Assembly: GCF_006345805.1 (NCBI RefSeq)
Contig: NC_042999.1
Location: forward strand, 5,890,001-5,954,000
From: Octopus sinensis
Taxonomy: Eukaryota
Length of the DNA: 64,000 nt
Direction: 5' to 3'
Part shown: positions 39,322 through 51,388 of the stretch, piece by piece
Layout: each line of letters starts with the position of its first letter
Numbering within the stretch: position 1 is the stretch's first letter
Notes under the pieces: model-generated
Told to the model about the DNA's origin: nothing
The model's database searches: none
Seen by the model: the letters and a program-made list of their open reading frames with translations, nothing else
Program-made: the position numbers and the translations under genes

Positions 39322-40356
39322 CTATATTAATACAAATAAAGTTTGTTTTTGTTTTTTTGCTTTTTTCATTTTTTTTTTTTTTTTTTTTGAGGGATGGTTG
39401 AATCTTTTAGAATTCTTAATAGAAGAGGCCCGATTCAATGAAATGCATTCTTAGTCTTTCTGCCAATATCGGTTTCAAATTTTGGCACAAGGCCAGCAAT
39501 TTTAGAGGAGGAGGAGGAGAGGGTCGGATATATCAACCACAGTGTTCAACTGGGACTTGTTTTATCGATCCCGAAATTTTTCCCCCTTCCCCCCTCCAAA
39601 TTCTTGAATTTTGATTTTTTTATTCCCCAACACAAATCCTAAACCTAAAACACTAACACTAACCCTAAAACCCTAACCATAACTACAGAAATGTTTTGAA
39701 ATTTTTGTCCGAATCATAATGTCCGTATTTTTCCGCATATTTTGAAAAAAAAATTCTGAAAAAAGTAAAAAAATGAAGGAAATGGGGGTGGGGGTTGGGC
39801 GTAATTTTAAAATGCCATTTTTGCCAATTTTTTTCTAAATTCGTATTCCCCGTAGCCGAAAAGGGTTGTGTCGAAAAAAAAAACAAAATTTTTAAGGGTG
39901 GTTGGCGAGAGGGGCGAAAGTCTTGCCAGTGCGAGTCCCGTAAGCCAGAGTGGCCGTCCCAGCGCATCTCTCTCGCCATCCTCCAGGGCGATGCCTTTTC
40001 CATTTTGTCCACTGGGACCATGAGGTGAACTGACAAGCCTTTTTACATAATACTCGTTAGTTATTGGTTTATTTAACCAATCATAATTTATTCGGACCCT
40101 GCTGGCATTGTTATTAAAACATACCAATGGAAAATATTGGTGTCACTTCGTTTTTCTCTAGATACAACCCTAACCAAACTCTTTCCGCCATTGAAACGGA
40201 CTTCCGTTTCGAAACTTCCACTTCCGTTTTAGTAAAAGAAACTCAACCTCATGTATTGAGCACTCGGCTCTCACTTGTCCGATATGATCCAACGTACGTG
40301 GGGGGGGAGTAGTGTGTGCGTCGAGGTGGTGGTAGTGGTGGGGAATTAGAGAGATA

Positions 40357-40598
40357 GGCGCAGGAGTGGCTGTGTGGTAAGTAGCTTGCTAATCAACCTC
40401 ATGGTTCCGGGTTCAGTCCCACTGCGTGGCACCTTGGACAAGTGTCTTCTACTATAGCCTCGGGCCGACCAAAGCCTTCTGAGTGGATTTGGTAGACGGA
40501 AACTGAAAGAAGCCCGTCGTATATATTTTATTTTATTTTATTTTATTTTATCTAGTTTCAGCTCACGAGCTGTGGCCATGCTGGGGCACTGCCATATG

Positions 40599-40629
<31 letters not shown>

Positions 40630-40800
40630 TTGTGTGTCTGTGTTTGTCCCCCTAGCATTGCTTGACAACCGATGCTGGTGTGTTTACTTCCCCGTCACTT
40701 AGCGGTTCGGCAAAAGAGACCGATAGAATAAGTACTGGGCTCCAGCATGGCCGCAGTCAAATGACTGAAACAAGTAAAAGAGTAAAGAGGGAGTAAAGAG
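40357..40800 (+). mobile_element. SINE family B copy with short nested insert (about 40527-40593)
   Basis: Family B pattern; ends about 25 bp from the exon 5 donor. Confidence 0.84.
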
Positions 40801-40826
40801 AGATAAAAAGGTAAAGGAATTTCTAC

Positions 40827-40892
40827 CGTATAGCACGAGATGTGATCATATCCGTTCAAGTCTTCAGGGGAATCCACACCACAGCATTCATT
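40827..40892 (-). CDS. Tetraspanin gene 2, coding exon 5 (NECCGVDSPEDLNGYDHISCYT)
   Basis: ttttcacag acceptor and the diagnostic CCG motif. The ACG|gtagaa donor is weaker but keeps phase 0. Confidence 0.85.
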
Positions 40893-40950
40893 CTGTGAAA
40901 AGAAAGTCATTTGAAAATTTTTTCCCTTCGTTTCTATTCAAATTATTCAA

Positions 40951-41334
40951 GGTAATCTTTCAGTTTCAGGTGTTTAAACAAGTAAATAACAATTAAAGTG
41001 GGAAATAAAAATTGAATGACGACGTACTCTCACGAAGTGATTGTGCATCAGGGGAACTTTGTAAATCCTGCAAATAAGGATGTCTATACGCAAAATATGG
41101 AGACTATGTGGATGCTGGTGAAAAGAAAATTAGCACGTCAATTTGGAACAGCAGACAATTTATTCGTGTCATATTTACATGAATTCTGTGCCAAAAAAAA
41201 AAAACACTTTCGTTCACATTTTGGTGACGATAGCCAAGGACCACAGTAACAGTAAGTTGGCTTATCTCCCCTTGTTGTTATTTCCCCTTTAATTTTTATT
41301 TACTTGTTTAAATACCCGAAACTGAAGGATTTGG
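40951..41334 (+). mobile_element. Internally deleted Merlin transposon
   Basis: TIRs of about 55 bp, 8-bp TSD TTATTCAA/TTATTCTA, and the IS1595-type C-terminus HEVIVHQGNFVNP..YTQNMETMW..KRKL..SYLHEF. Confidence 0.82.
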
Positions 41335-41467
41335 TTATTCTAAAACAAAACAAAACACACCAAAGAGGCATCAAAGAGTGGCTGCCATTATTGTTTTTTG
41401 ATGGAGGTTTTGTGTGAAATATAACCTCAGAAAAAAAAAAAAAAGAGAGATTTAAAATTTTGATATA

Positions 41468-41650
41468 GGTGCAGGAGTGGCTGTGTGGTAAGTAGCTTGC
41501 TTACGAACCACATGGTTCTGGGTTCAGTCCCGCTGCGTGGCACCTTGGGTAAATATCTTCTACTATAGCCTCGGGCCGACCAAAGCCTTGTGAGTGAATT
41601 TGGTAGACAGAAACTGAAAGAAGCCCGTCGTATATATGTATATATATGTA

Positions 41651-41691
<41 letters not shown>

Positions 41692-41936
41692 TTGTGTGTG
41701 CGCGTGTGTGTGTGTGTGTGTGTGTGCACATGTTTGTGTGTCTGTGTTTGTCCCCCCAACATCGCTTGACAACCGATGCTGGTGTGTTTACGTCCCTGAA
41801 ATTTAGCAGTTCGGCAAGAGAGACCGATAGAATAAGTACTGGGCTTACAAAGAATAAGTCCTGGAGTCGATTTGCTCGACTAAAGGCGGTGCTCCAGAAT
41901 TGCCACAGTCAAATGACTGAAACAAGTAAAAGAGTA
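41468..41936 (+). mobile_element. SINE family B copy
   Basis: Full family B pattern. Confidence 0.87.
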
Positions 41937-41939
41937 TAA

Positions 41940-42133
41940 TGCCAGCAATTTCGGAAGCGTGGGTAAATCGATTACATCGACTCCAGTGTTAGATTGGTAT
42001 TACTTTTATTGACACTCAGAGGATAAAAAGCAAAGTCGACAGCAGCGGAATTTGAACTCAGAACATAAAGATGGACGAAATACCGCTAAACATTCTACCC
42101 TTCGTGCTAACCATTCTGCCAGTTCGCCACCTT
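41940..42133 (-). mobile_element. SINE family C copy
   Basis: Family C motifs. Confidence 0.75.
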
Positions 42134-42157
42134 AACTGCGTTAATAATGCAGGTTCC

Positions 42158-42850
42158 AAGGCGGCGAGCTGGCAGTCCACCTCACCAACAACAACACTGA
42201 ACACCTTTTTGATCTCCATGTGTCTAACACACGTGGACATGCCTACAAAATCAGAAAACAACACAGCTCCCATGACTTTCGGAAACATTTTTTCACGCTC
42301 AGAGTTGTTGAAGCATGGAATAAACTGCCTTCGTCAGTTGTTGACTGCCATGACACTGCATCCTTTAAGGCCCTCATGCTTTCCGAAATCCGCCGAAACT
42401 ACACCTGATTATATATACACTTTAGATGAGTTGTAGTGCACCTGAGCACTGTACACAATTATTATTATTATTATTATTATTATTTAAACGTTAGCACGCC
42501 GGGCAGAATGTTTAGCAGTATTTCATCCGACGCTACGTTCTGGGTTCAAATTCCGCCGAGGTCAACTTTGCCTTTCATCCTTTCGGGGGCGATTAAAAAA
42601 GTACCAGTTACACACTGGAGTCGATATAATCGACTTAATCCGTTTGTCTGTCCTTGTTTGTTCCCTCTGTGTTTAGCCCCTTGTGGGTAATAAAGAAATA
42701 GGTATTTCGTCTGTCTTTATGTTCTGAGTTCAAATTCCGCCGATGTCGACTTTGCCTTCCATCCTTTCGGGGTCGATTAAATAAGTACCAGTTGCGTACC
42801 GGAGTCGATCTAAAAATTTCGGGCATTGTGCCTAGAGTAGAAAAGAATAA
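42158..42850 (+). mobile_element. SINE family C copy interrupted by a CR1 3' fragment (42176-42485)
   Basis: Head aaggcggcgagctggcag resumes as aaacgttagcac after the insert SNTRGH..FRKHFFTLRVVEAWNKLP plus (ATT)n. Confidence 0.85.
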
Positions 42851-43199
42851 TACTGGTTCCAAATTTTGGCATGAAGGCCAGTAATTTGAGGAGAGGGATT
42901 AACTGGTTCTTATTTCATCGATCCTGAAAAGATGAAAGGCAAAATCGGTCTCACCAATCTTTTTACGTCAACTGAGGTAAAATGATACAAAAAAAAACAT
43001 TTTGAGACAAAAATTTTTGAAAGGGAGATAACTTTAGCAAACGAGTTTTCGAGTAACTTCCCTTAGTTCGGTGTTTCATTTATTTTATAAAAAGTTTTGA
43101 AAATGGCTTTAAAGTCTAATTGCAGACTTTCCACACAGAGCTTATTATTCTAAAGGATTAGGTTTCATACACAGGGCTAATGCAGCTTCGCACCTCTCT

Positions 43200-44070
43200 T
43201 TAAAAAATGCATTTTTTATTTTTTTTATTTTTTCGGATTCCTACGTTTTAGACGTCGGGGATTACAAATATGCAAAAAAAAATTTTTTTTACCCCCCCCC
43301 CCCAGCGCCATTTAAAATTTTGAACTTTTCCGAAATTTTTTTCCGTATGTTTAAGATGACAGAGATTCCGAATATGCAAGAAACCACGTTTTCAAAATTT
43401 TAAACTCAATAAGCATATAGCTATGTATATAAAGAGATAGATAGATATGAATGTCTTCCTGGGGCTAAAAACTACAGTAGCACCATCTTTTATAGGACCG
43501 CCACATTTAGTTGACAAATATATTTTATGAATAACAGACAGGGATAAATAAATAGACAGACAAATAAATGGATGAAAAAGTTCAAAATTTAAAATTGGGG
43601 GAGGGGGGGAAATTTGAGCCCCTTATTAAACATTAATTATTAAATTCAATTTTTTGCTTATATCTCATAAAATGGTGTATATTTAATTTAGGATCTTCAC
43701 CTTTTGACCGGAAGATTTTTTAAATAATATTTTGTAACTAAACACTTTCAAACTTTGTATACTGGTAGAATGTGTCGTATAAAATATCTTTTACTCTTAG
43801 TTAAAAAAATTATTTCCTAAATCTGCCGGTCAAAAGGTAAAGATCCTTAATTTACATTAAATTATTATTTATGATTATAAACACAAGTAAAACGCAAATT
43901 CTTTTCACTTTAATGTTTTTGTATTTAATTTCGATTTGCACATTCAAAAATTTGAATGGTGCGGAGTGAAATTTAAAAACATTTTTTTTTTTTTTGCTTA
44001 TTCGTTCGTAATCTCCGACATCAAAAATGTTGGATTCTGAAAAAAGTTTTTCAAAAAAAATGCATTTTAC
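43200..44070. mobile_element. Old foldback/MITE-like element with degenerate long inverted termini
   Basis: 43203-43285 resembles the reverse complement of 43985-44068. Confidence 0.5.
43691..43846. mobile_element. MITE with GG-starting TIRs and 8-bp TSD (Merlin-like)
   Basis: TIR GGATCTTyACCTTTTGACCGGmAGATTT; TSD TTAATTTA on both sides. Confidence 0.8.
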
Positions 44071-44314
44071 ATTCACAGCTGCCTCCTGTTCGGATGCTGA
44101 ACAAACATTTATGATGACGAATTACAATGTCAAATACCTGTTTCATTTGATCCCACAAATCTCTTTTCTACCCTCATAATTCATCCCCACACACATACAA
44201 CCCGTCCAATGGGTTTGACTCTTGCACAGTTTTCGTTTATCCACTTGTATGCTGAGTTCTATTTAGGTTATGTGTGTAAATATTGATTGCATTGTTGAAT
44301 TAAATGGAGCACCC

Positions 44315-44352
<38 letters not shown>

Positions 44353-44359
<7 letters not shown>

Positions 44360-44530
44360 GCACCCACTACACTCTCAGAGTGGTTGGCGTTAGGAAGGGC
44401 ATCCAGCTGCAGAAACTCTGCCAGATCAAGATTGGAGCCTGGTGCAGCCATCTGGTTTGTCAGCCCTCAGTCAAATCGTCCAACACATGCTAGCAAGGAA
44501 AGCAGACGTTAAACGATGATGATGATAATG
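44353..44530 (+). mobile_element. SINE family A 3' fragment
   Basis: Core plus tail. Confidence 0.8.
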
Positions 44531-44549
44531 ATACATTAGGTGCTGTGAA

Positions 44550-44850
44550 CCTTAATAGCTGTCAATCTCCATAGCTTGTCAACAGCAATAGCTGTGAACT
44601 TCCAATCTCCACAGCTTTAAATCGCCATAGGTTTTTCCAGTCAACCACAATAAGCTGTCAACCTCTATAACTGTCACTGTCAATAACTGTCAACTTCAAT
44701 AGTAGTCAACCTCAACTGCCATCAACCCACATAGTGAGTAACGAAAATATTTGTCAATCTCAAAAGCCGTCATCCTTAATAACTGTCAACCACAACAGCT
44801 GTCAACTCTTAAAACTCTATCTCCACAACTGTGAACCTTCAAAGCAGCCA
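44550..44850. repeat. Degenerate minisatellite (a(a/g)ctgtcaac-containing units of about 20 bp)
   Basis: Repeated ctgtcaac / ctgtgaac words. Confidence 0.6.
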
Positions 44851-44968
44851 ACCTCATTAGCTGCTTCCCCTACACATTCTCCTCATTCACTAACCTCTGG
44901 TCGAGTCATCATTCACCCATCCTTCTTCATGGCACCAGTCATGCACACTGAATCTCTCTTATTACATA

Positions 44969-45470
44969 CCATAAATCCTCGAGTATTATCCGCATTTTTA
45001 TCCCAAAATTTAATGGTCAAAATCCCTAGTGCATACTATATACGAGGTTAAAAATGAAAAATATTTTCTAAGTAATGTTCGAGTCTCTATTTGCTGTCCG
45101 CATTTTGTGATGTCGGGTGTGAAAATACCTTAAGCTAAGCCTGAAAGCAATGAAGTCATAAAAGAATCATCCATAACTTGCAGTAAGCAACATTTATCAA
45201 AATAAAAGTATTCAGAACACAGAATAACATGTAACAAAAACAATTTTCAAACATTTACATTCCCATATAACAGTTAAGAACATCACCATTATTCCATTAC
45301 GCATGCACAGAAGTGTTTGTTCGACTAGGTGCTGCTGGCTTAATTACGCACGACACAGGTTAGAGAAGGGGTGCATATTATACACAAGGTTTAGGTTTTT
45401 CAGAAGTACAGCCCCCTAAAAATCCCCTGCGTATTATACTCAAGGGTGGACTATACTCAAGGATTTATGG
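44969..45470. mobile_element. Tc1/pogo-like MITE
   Basis: TA|CCATAAATCCTCGAGTAT ... ATACTCAAGGATTTATGG|TA. Confidence 0.8.
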
Positions 45471-45805
45471 TACACACTTTTCTTAAACCTTCTCACAACT
45501 GATCTTCACGGTAACCCTCATATTTTCTGGTTCTTCTTTAGCTAAAATATTCCTAATGTTTCACTTCTCTTTTGATATCATTCTTTGTGCCTCATCACTT
45601 CATTGTATCCTATCTAAAGGATAGAATGAAGTTTTTATGTCTTGCTTCTGTTGTATCATTCCCCTGTCATCCACTGCATTCGAACCTTTGATGTAGCCTT
45701 CAGTAGATTCTTTTAAAAACTGTCAAGTGTTCTAGAAGTCAACGTTACTTATTGTCATCGCTGTTACCTACTTATACATCAAATTTACACGTGGTTTGTA
45801 GACAT

Positions 45806-46208
45806 AGGAGTGGCTGTTTGATAAGTAACTTGCTTACCAACCACATGGTTCCGGGTTCAGTCCCACTGCGTGGCACCTTGGGCAAGTGTCTTCTACTATA
45901 GCCTCGAGCCGACCAAAGCTTTGTGAGTGGATTTCGTAGACGGAAACTGAAAGAAGCCCGTCGCATATATGTATATATATATATATATATATGTATGTAT
46001 ATGTGTCTGTGTTTGTCCCCCCCAACATCGCTTGACAACTGATCCTGGTGTGTTTACATCCCCGTAACTTAGCAGTTCAGCAAAAAAGACCGATAGAATA
46101 AGTACTAGGCTTACAAAGAATAAGTCCTGGGGTCGATTTGCTCGACTAAAAGCGGTGCTCCAGCATGGCCACAGTCAAATGACTGAAACAAGTAAAAGAG
46201 TAAAGAGT
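45806..46208 (+). mobile_element. SINE family B copy
   Basis: Family B pattern; an inverted tail copy follows at 46340-46503. Confidence 0.85.
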
Positions 46209-46605
46209 ATACACACACACACACACACACACAACACACACAAACATATACATACATGTACACATACACATATACATACATATGCACACACACACACACA
46301 CATATACCTAAGGCAGACACTCAGCCTCCATATACTCTCTCTCTCTCTCTCTCTTTTACTTGTTTCAGTCATTTGACTGTGGCCATGCTGGAGCACCGCC
46401 TTTAGTCGAGCAAATCGACCCCGGGACTTAGTCTTTGTAAGCCCAGTACTTATTCTATCGGTCTCTTTTTGCCGAACCGCTAAGTGACGGGGACATAAAC
46501 ACATATGTCTTCAGTTTGCTGTGTATGTATGTTTCTATCTGTGTATGCCTGTGTATGTGTGTATGCCTGTGTGTGTGTGAGTGCATGTGCACTGCATCTA
46601 CTTAC

Positions 46606-46701
46606 ATTGATGAAGATTTGGTCAACAACTTTACTCAACTCTTCATCGTCCTTGGTCTCGTTCATTGCCATCCACAAACCTGTCTGAATTTCTTCTTCCA
46701 T
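46606..46701 (-). CDS. Tetraspanin gene 2, coding exon 4 (EC2 helices; MEEEIQTGLWMAMNETKDDEELSKVVDQIFIN)
   Basis: atttcag / gtaagt, 96 nt, phase 0. Amphipathic helical character preceding the CCG exon. Confidence 0.88.
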
Positions 46702-46744
46702 CTGAAATGGAATGGGGGGGATCAATGAAGTTTAATCTACACAC

Positions 46745-47545
46745 ATCACCTGCTGTGCTTGAGGAGACCTGTTGAGTTAAGTACATAAACATCGAAATAA
46801 ATATCAAATGGAAATAGCAGTTGTGATACCTGTGCTGGTGGCACATAAAAAGCACCATCCGAACGTGGCCGATGCCAGCGCCGCCTTGACTGGCTTCTGT
46901 GCCGGTGGCACATAAAAAGCACCAACCGATCGTGGCCGCTGCCAGTGCCGCCTTGACTGGCTTCTGTGCGGGTGGCATGTAAAAAGCACCAACCGATCGT
47001 GGCCGTTGCCAGCGCCACCTTGACTGGCTCTGTGCGGGTGGCACGTAAAAAGCACCAACCGATCGTGGCCGATGCCAGCGCCGCCTCGACTGGCTTCTGT
47101 GCTGGTGGCACGTAAAAAGCACCAACCGATCGTGGCCGATGCCAGCACCGCCTTGACTGGCTTCTGTGCTGATGGCACGTAAAAAGCACCAACCGATCGT
47201 GGCCGATGCCAGCGCTGCCTTGACTGACTTCTGTGCGGGTGGCACGTAAAAAGCACCAACCGATCGTGGCCGCTGCCAGCGCTGCCTTGACAGGCTTCTG
47301 TGCGGGTGGCACGTAAAAAGCACCAACCGATTGTGGCCGCTGCCAGCCTCCTCTGGCCCCTGTGCCAGTGACACGTAAAAAGCATTCACTACACTCACAG
47401 AGTGGTTGGCGTTAGGAAGGGCGTCCAGCTGTAGAAACACTGCCAGATCAGACTGGAGCCTGGCGCAGCTTCCTGGCTTCCCAGACCCCGGTCGAACTGT
47501 CCAACGCATGCTAGCATGGAGAACGGACGTTAAACGATGATGATA
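46745..47545 (+). mobile_element. SINE family A copy with about 8 internal 67-bp units
   Basis: aaaaagcacc recurs every 66-67 bp; core and tail follow. Confidence 0.88.
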
Positions 47546-47812
47546 AAAATTTGACATGTGTGATTCTTTCTTGTCTTGGGATTCAAGGTCAAACGGCTGG
47601 GTGGAATTGTGCAAAAAATTTAATTTAAGATTCCTTTCAGATATTTAAAACTCCTATAAAATAATTAAAACTTTTGTGAGATAATAACATTAATCTAAAT
47701 CAAAATTTTGGTTTTTACAAAGGTGAAGTCAAAACTTATCCACTCTTTCACCATAACATATCTTTGTTATTGTCTCACTGCCTTCTGCACACGTGTGCTT
47801 ATAATTGGTAAA

Positions 47813-48140
47813 AGGAGCACTCCATCGGTTACGATGACGAGGGTCCCCGCTGATACGATCATCGGAACAGCTTGCTCATGAAATTAACATGCAAGTGGCT
47901 GAACACTCCACAGACACGTGTACCCTTAACGTAGTTCTCAGGGAGATTCAGCATGACACAAAGTGTGACAAGGTTGGCCCTTTGAAATACAGGTGCCACT
48001 CATTTTTGCCAGTTGAGTGGACTGGAGCAATATGGAATAAAGTGTCTTGCTCAAGGACACAACATGTCGCTGGGAATTGAACTTATGACCTTATGCTTGT
48101 GAGCCAAATGCCCTAACCATGAAGCCACATGCCTTCACTA
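47813..48140 (-). mobile_element. SINE family D-related copy
   Basis: Family D tail with a different tRNA-like head. Confidence 0.72.
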
Positions 48141-48174
48141 GTTGGTACTATTATGGTCACGTGATCAAAGTTTG

Positions 48175-48410
48175 AGCCTGGTCAAGCCATTTTTCTTTCT
48201 GGCCACTCCACTAGAAATGAGCACCAAAGAAGTACAAAGAGCAGTGATCTGAGGGATGGTCATGGTGAACCGGTTCACCATGACCATCTCTCCAGCTTGC
48301 TGAATCTTCTCATCAGTGGTGGAGGTTGATGGGTGCCCTGCTCCCTCTTCGTGCGTCACACCTTTTCTGGCCACTTTTAAACTTCTTGATCCACTCGTAC
48401 ACACTACTTC
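48175..48410 (-). mobile_element. mariner transposase N-terminal remnant
   Basis: EEGAGHPSTSTTDEKIQQ resembles the mariner GRP linker region. Confidence 0.55.
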
Positions 48411-48979
48411 TATGTGGTAGTGCACCGTCCCCGTATTGTGCTTGTGGGATGACGTCAGCAGCTGGGGAGCTGACTGGAACTTGGGGGGGGGGGCTGACTA
48501 GAAGAGGAAGGGGCAGGAGTGACGCGCGCGCAGGCAGGGCAGCATTGGGCTTTTTGATCGAGGTAGCCGAGCGAGTCGGACGTGCGAGCTCATTGTTAGG
48601 GTAGAGGAAAAACAGCTGCTATTTCTAGTGTTTAGGTCGGGCCACGTGGAAGGGTGCATTACCACTGCAGAGGTCTCCATCGACGAAGAGAAGGTAGGTG
48701 TCCTTATTTCAAATCTCCCACATACACCACAGTGCTAAAATCCTCCGATGAATTTCAGCACCTGACACACCTTCCGAGCAGAGAAATCAGATCATTGCCT
48801 TTTGTTCATCTTTGGTGCACATCACTAGAGGAACCGTCATACTTACAATGTAAAACCAGAAAGAAAAATTGCATGACCAGGCTCAGACTACACACTGGCA
48901 CCAACTATAAGCATGAATGCACAGAAGCCAGTGTGACAATAATAAAGATAATGTTATGACAAAAATGCAGATAATTTTT

Positions 48980-49002
48980 GCATGGAAAGCAGACGTTAAA
49001 TG

Positions 49003-49061
<59 letters not shown>

Positions 49062-49132
49062 GGTGGTGGTGGTGGTGATGATGATGATGATGATGTTGTT
49101 GATGGTGATGATGGTGATGATGATGATGATGA

Positions 49133-49212
<80 letters not shown>

Positions 49213-49271
49213 GGTGGTGATGATGATGATGATGTTGTTGATGGTGATGATGGTGATGATGATGATGGTGG

Positions 49272-49335
<64 letters not shown>

Positions 49336-49430
49336 GGTGGTGATGATGATGTTGATGATGATGATGATGTTGTTGATGGTGATGATGGTGATGATGATGA
49401 TGGTGGTGATGATGATGATGATGGTGGTGG

Positions 49431-49462
<32 letters not shown>
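48980..49462 (+). repeat. Expanded (GAT/GGT)n tract grown from a family A tail
   Basis: catggaaagcagacgttaaatga.. followed by about 460 bp of trinucleotides. Confidence 0.92.
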
Positions 49463-49463
<1 letters not shown>

Positions 49464-49690
49464 AGGCGGTGAGCTGGCAGACTCATTAGGATGCTGGGTG
49501 AAATGCTTAGTGGTATTTCACCCATCGCTACATTCTGAGTTCAAATTCCACCGAGGTCGACTTTGCCTTTCATCTTTCCATGGTCAACAAATTAAGTACC
49601 AGTTGATTACTGTGGTCAATGTAATCAACATTATCCTCCCACAAAATGGCTGCCCTGGTGGCGAAATTTGAAACCGTTATTATTATTATT
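49463..49690 (+). mobile_element. SINE family C copy
   Basis: aggcggtgagctggcaga head, B box and central motif. Confidence 0.78.
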
Positions 49691-49804
49691 ATTGAAGACA
49701 TCGCACAGTATCCAATATCATAATGTCGTTGAAAGAAGATATTGTGTCTACCTGGGGTTTATAACGTCTGTCAAGTCACAACAAATACCCCAGACAGACT
49801 CTAC

Positions 49805-50541
49805 ATCATCATCATCATCATCATCGTTTAACATCCGCTTTCCATGCTAGCATGGGTTGGATGGTTCAACTGGGGTCTGAGAAGCCCGAAGGCTGCACCA
49901 GGCCAGTCAGATCTGGCAGTGTTTCTACAGCTAGATGCCTTTCCTAACGCCAACCACTCCGAGAGTGTAGTGGGTGATTTTATGTGCCACCGACACAGGT
50001 GCCAGACGAGGCTGGCGAACGGCCACGCTTAGATGGTGTTTTTTATGTGCCACCGACACAGGTGCCAGACGAGGCGGGCGAACGGCCACGCTCGGATGGT
50101 GTTTTTTATGTGCCACCGACACAGGTGCCAGACGAGGCGGGCGAACGGCCACGCTCGGAATTGTGTTTTTTATGTGCCACCGACACAGGTGCCAGACGAG
50201 GCTGGCGAACGGCCACGCTCGGATGGTGTTTTTTATGTGCCACCGACACAGATGCCAGACAAGGCTGGCGAACGGCCATGCTCGGATGGTGTTTTTTATG
50301 TGCCACCGACACAGGTGCCAGACGAGGCTGGCGAACGGCCACGCTCGGATGATATTTTTCATGTGCCACCGACACAGGTGCCAGATGAGGCTGGCGAATG
50401 GCCACGCTCGGATGGTGTTTTTTATGTGCCACCGACACAGGTGCCAGACGAGGCTGGCGAACGGCCACGTTCGGATGGTGTTTTTTATGTGCCACCGACA
50501 CAGGTGCCAGACGAGGCTGGCGAACGGCCACGCTTGGATGG
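49805..50541 (-). mobile_element. SINE family A copy with 9 near-identical 63-bp internal units
   Basis: atgtgccaccgacacag recurs from 49981 to 50486 at about 63-bp spacing. Confidence 0.9.
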
Positions 50542-50629
50542 CAATATGCGTGTAGTCCTAACACCGGTAGTAGTAGCATGTTTTGGAAATGAGGTTGTTT
50601 TGGGGACTTGGTGGGAAAATAGAACTTAC

Positions 50630-50704
50630 CCTTGACTGAGCACTGGAAAGCAAACAGAGGAATATTAGATTCAATAACATCAGGATAAACATCACTATGG
50701 AATA
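50630..50704 (-). CDS. Tetraspanin gene 2, coding exon 3 (TM3; YSIVMFILMLLNLIFLCLLSSAQSR)
   Basis: ttttccag / AGG|gtaagt, 75 nt, phase 0, hydrophobic. Confidence 0.9.
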
Positions 50705-50821
50705 CTGGAAAATAAAAAGATTCAATTAAAAGTCATAATTGGCTAAATTCATTAAAACTCGTCATGGCATGAAAATTTCAATTACAAACAGACAGATATA
50801 TACTTAGGATGTATACATGGA

Positions 50822-51388
50822 TCACCGGTCTGGAACCCCTATCTTGCCCAGGATATCAATCGTCTGGAAGCCGTTCAGCGACTTGCAACCAAAAGAATAC
50901 CCTCCATCAGGCATTTGCCATATCCTGAACGCCTTACTTCCCTGGGCATGGACACATTGAAACTCCGACGTCTGGCAGCTGACTTGGCAGACACCCATAA
51001 AATTATTAACCATCTTACAAACAATAACTCTGAGCACCTTTTCAAACTCCACCCGTCTAACACCCGTGGACATATTTACAAAGTCAGAAAACAGCACAGC
51101 TCCCATGACTTCAGGAAACATTTTTTCATGCTGAGAGTTGCTGAAGCATGGAACAAACTGCCAGCATCAGTTGTTAGTTGTCGGAGCACGGCATCCTTCA
51201 AAACTTCCATGCTTTCTGAGATTCGCCAACACTACACCTGATTTTCTCCCCTCCATACACACACAAGCATGTATCTGACTCATACATTGATCGCTTTCCA
51301 GACATTTGTACATTACTGCATATGCTTTATACGCATTTTTGAGAAGTTGTGGTTCACCTGAGCACTGTATACAATAATTTCATTATTA
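50822..51388 (+). mobile_element. CR1-clade LINE 3' fragment
   Basis: SPVWNPYL..LEAVQRLATK..YPERL..TRGH..WNKLP; same family as 42176-42485. Confidence 0.88.

Noticed and set aside
39638-39683. Interstitial telomere
   Set aside because: Only a few degenerate CTAACC units within a probable repeat element.
46643-47614. 323-aa ORF and overlapping ORFs
   Set aside because: They run through a SINE A tandem array; only 46606-46701 is a supported exon, in a different frame.
48905-49671. Poly-His, poly-Asp and poly-Met ORFs
   Set aside because: Translations of an expanded (GAT/GGT)n SINE tail.
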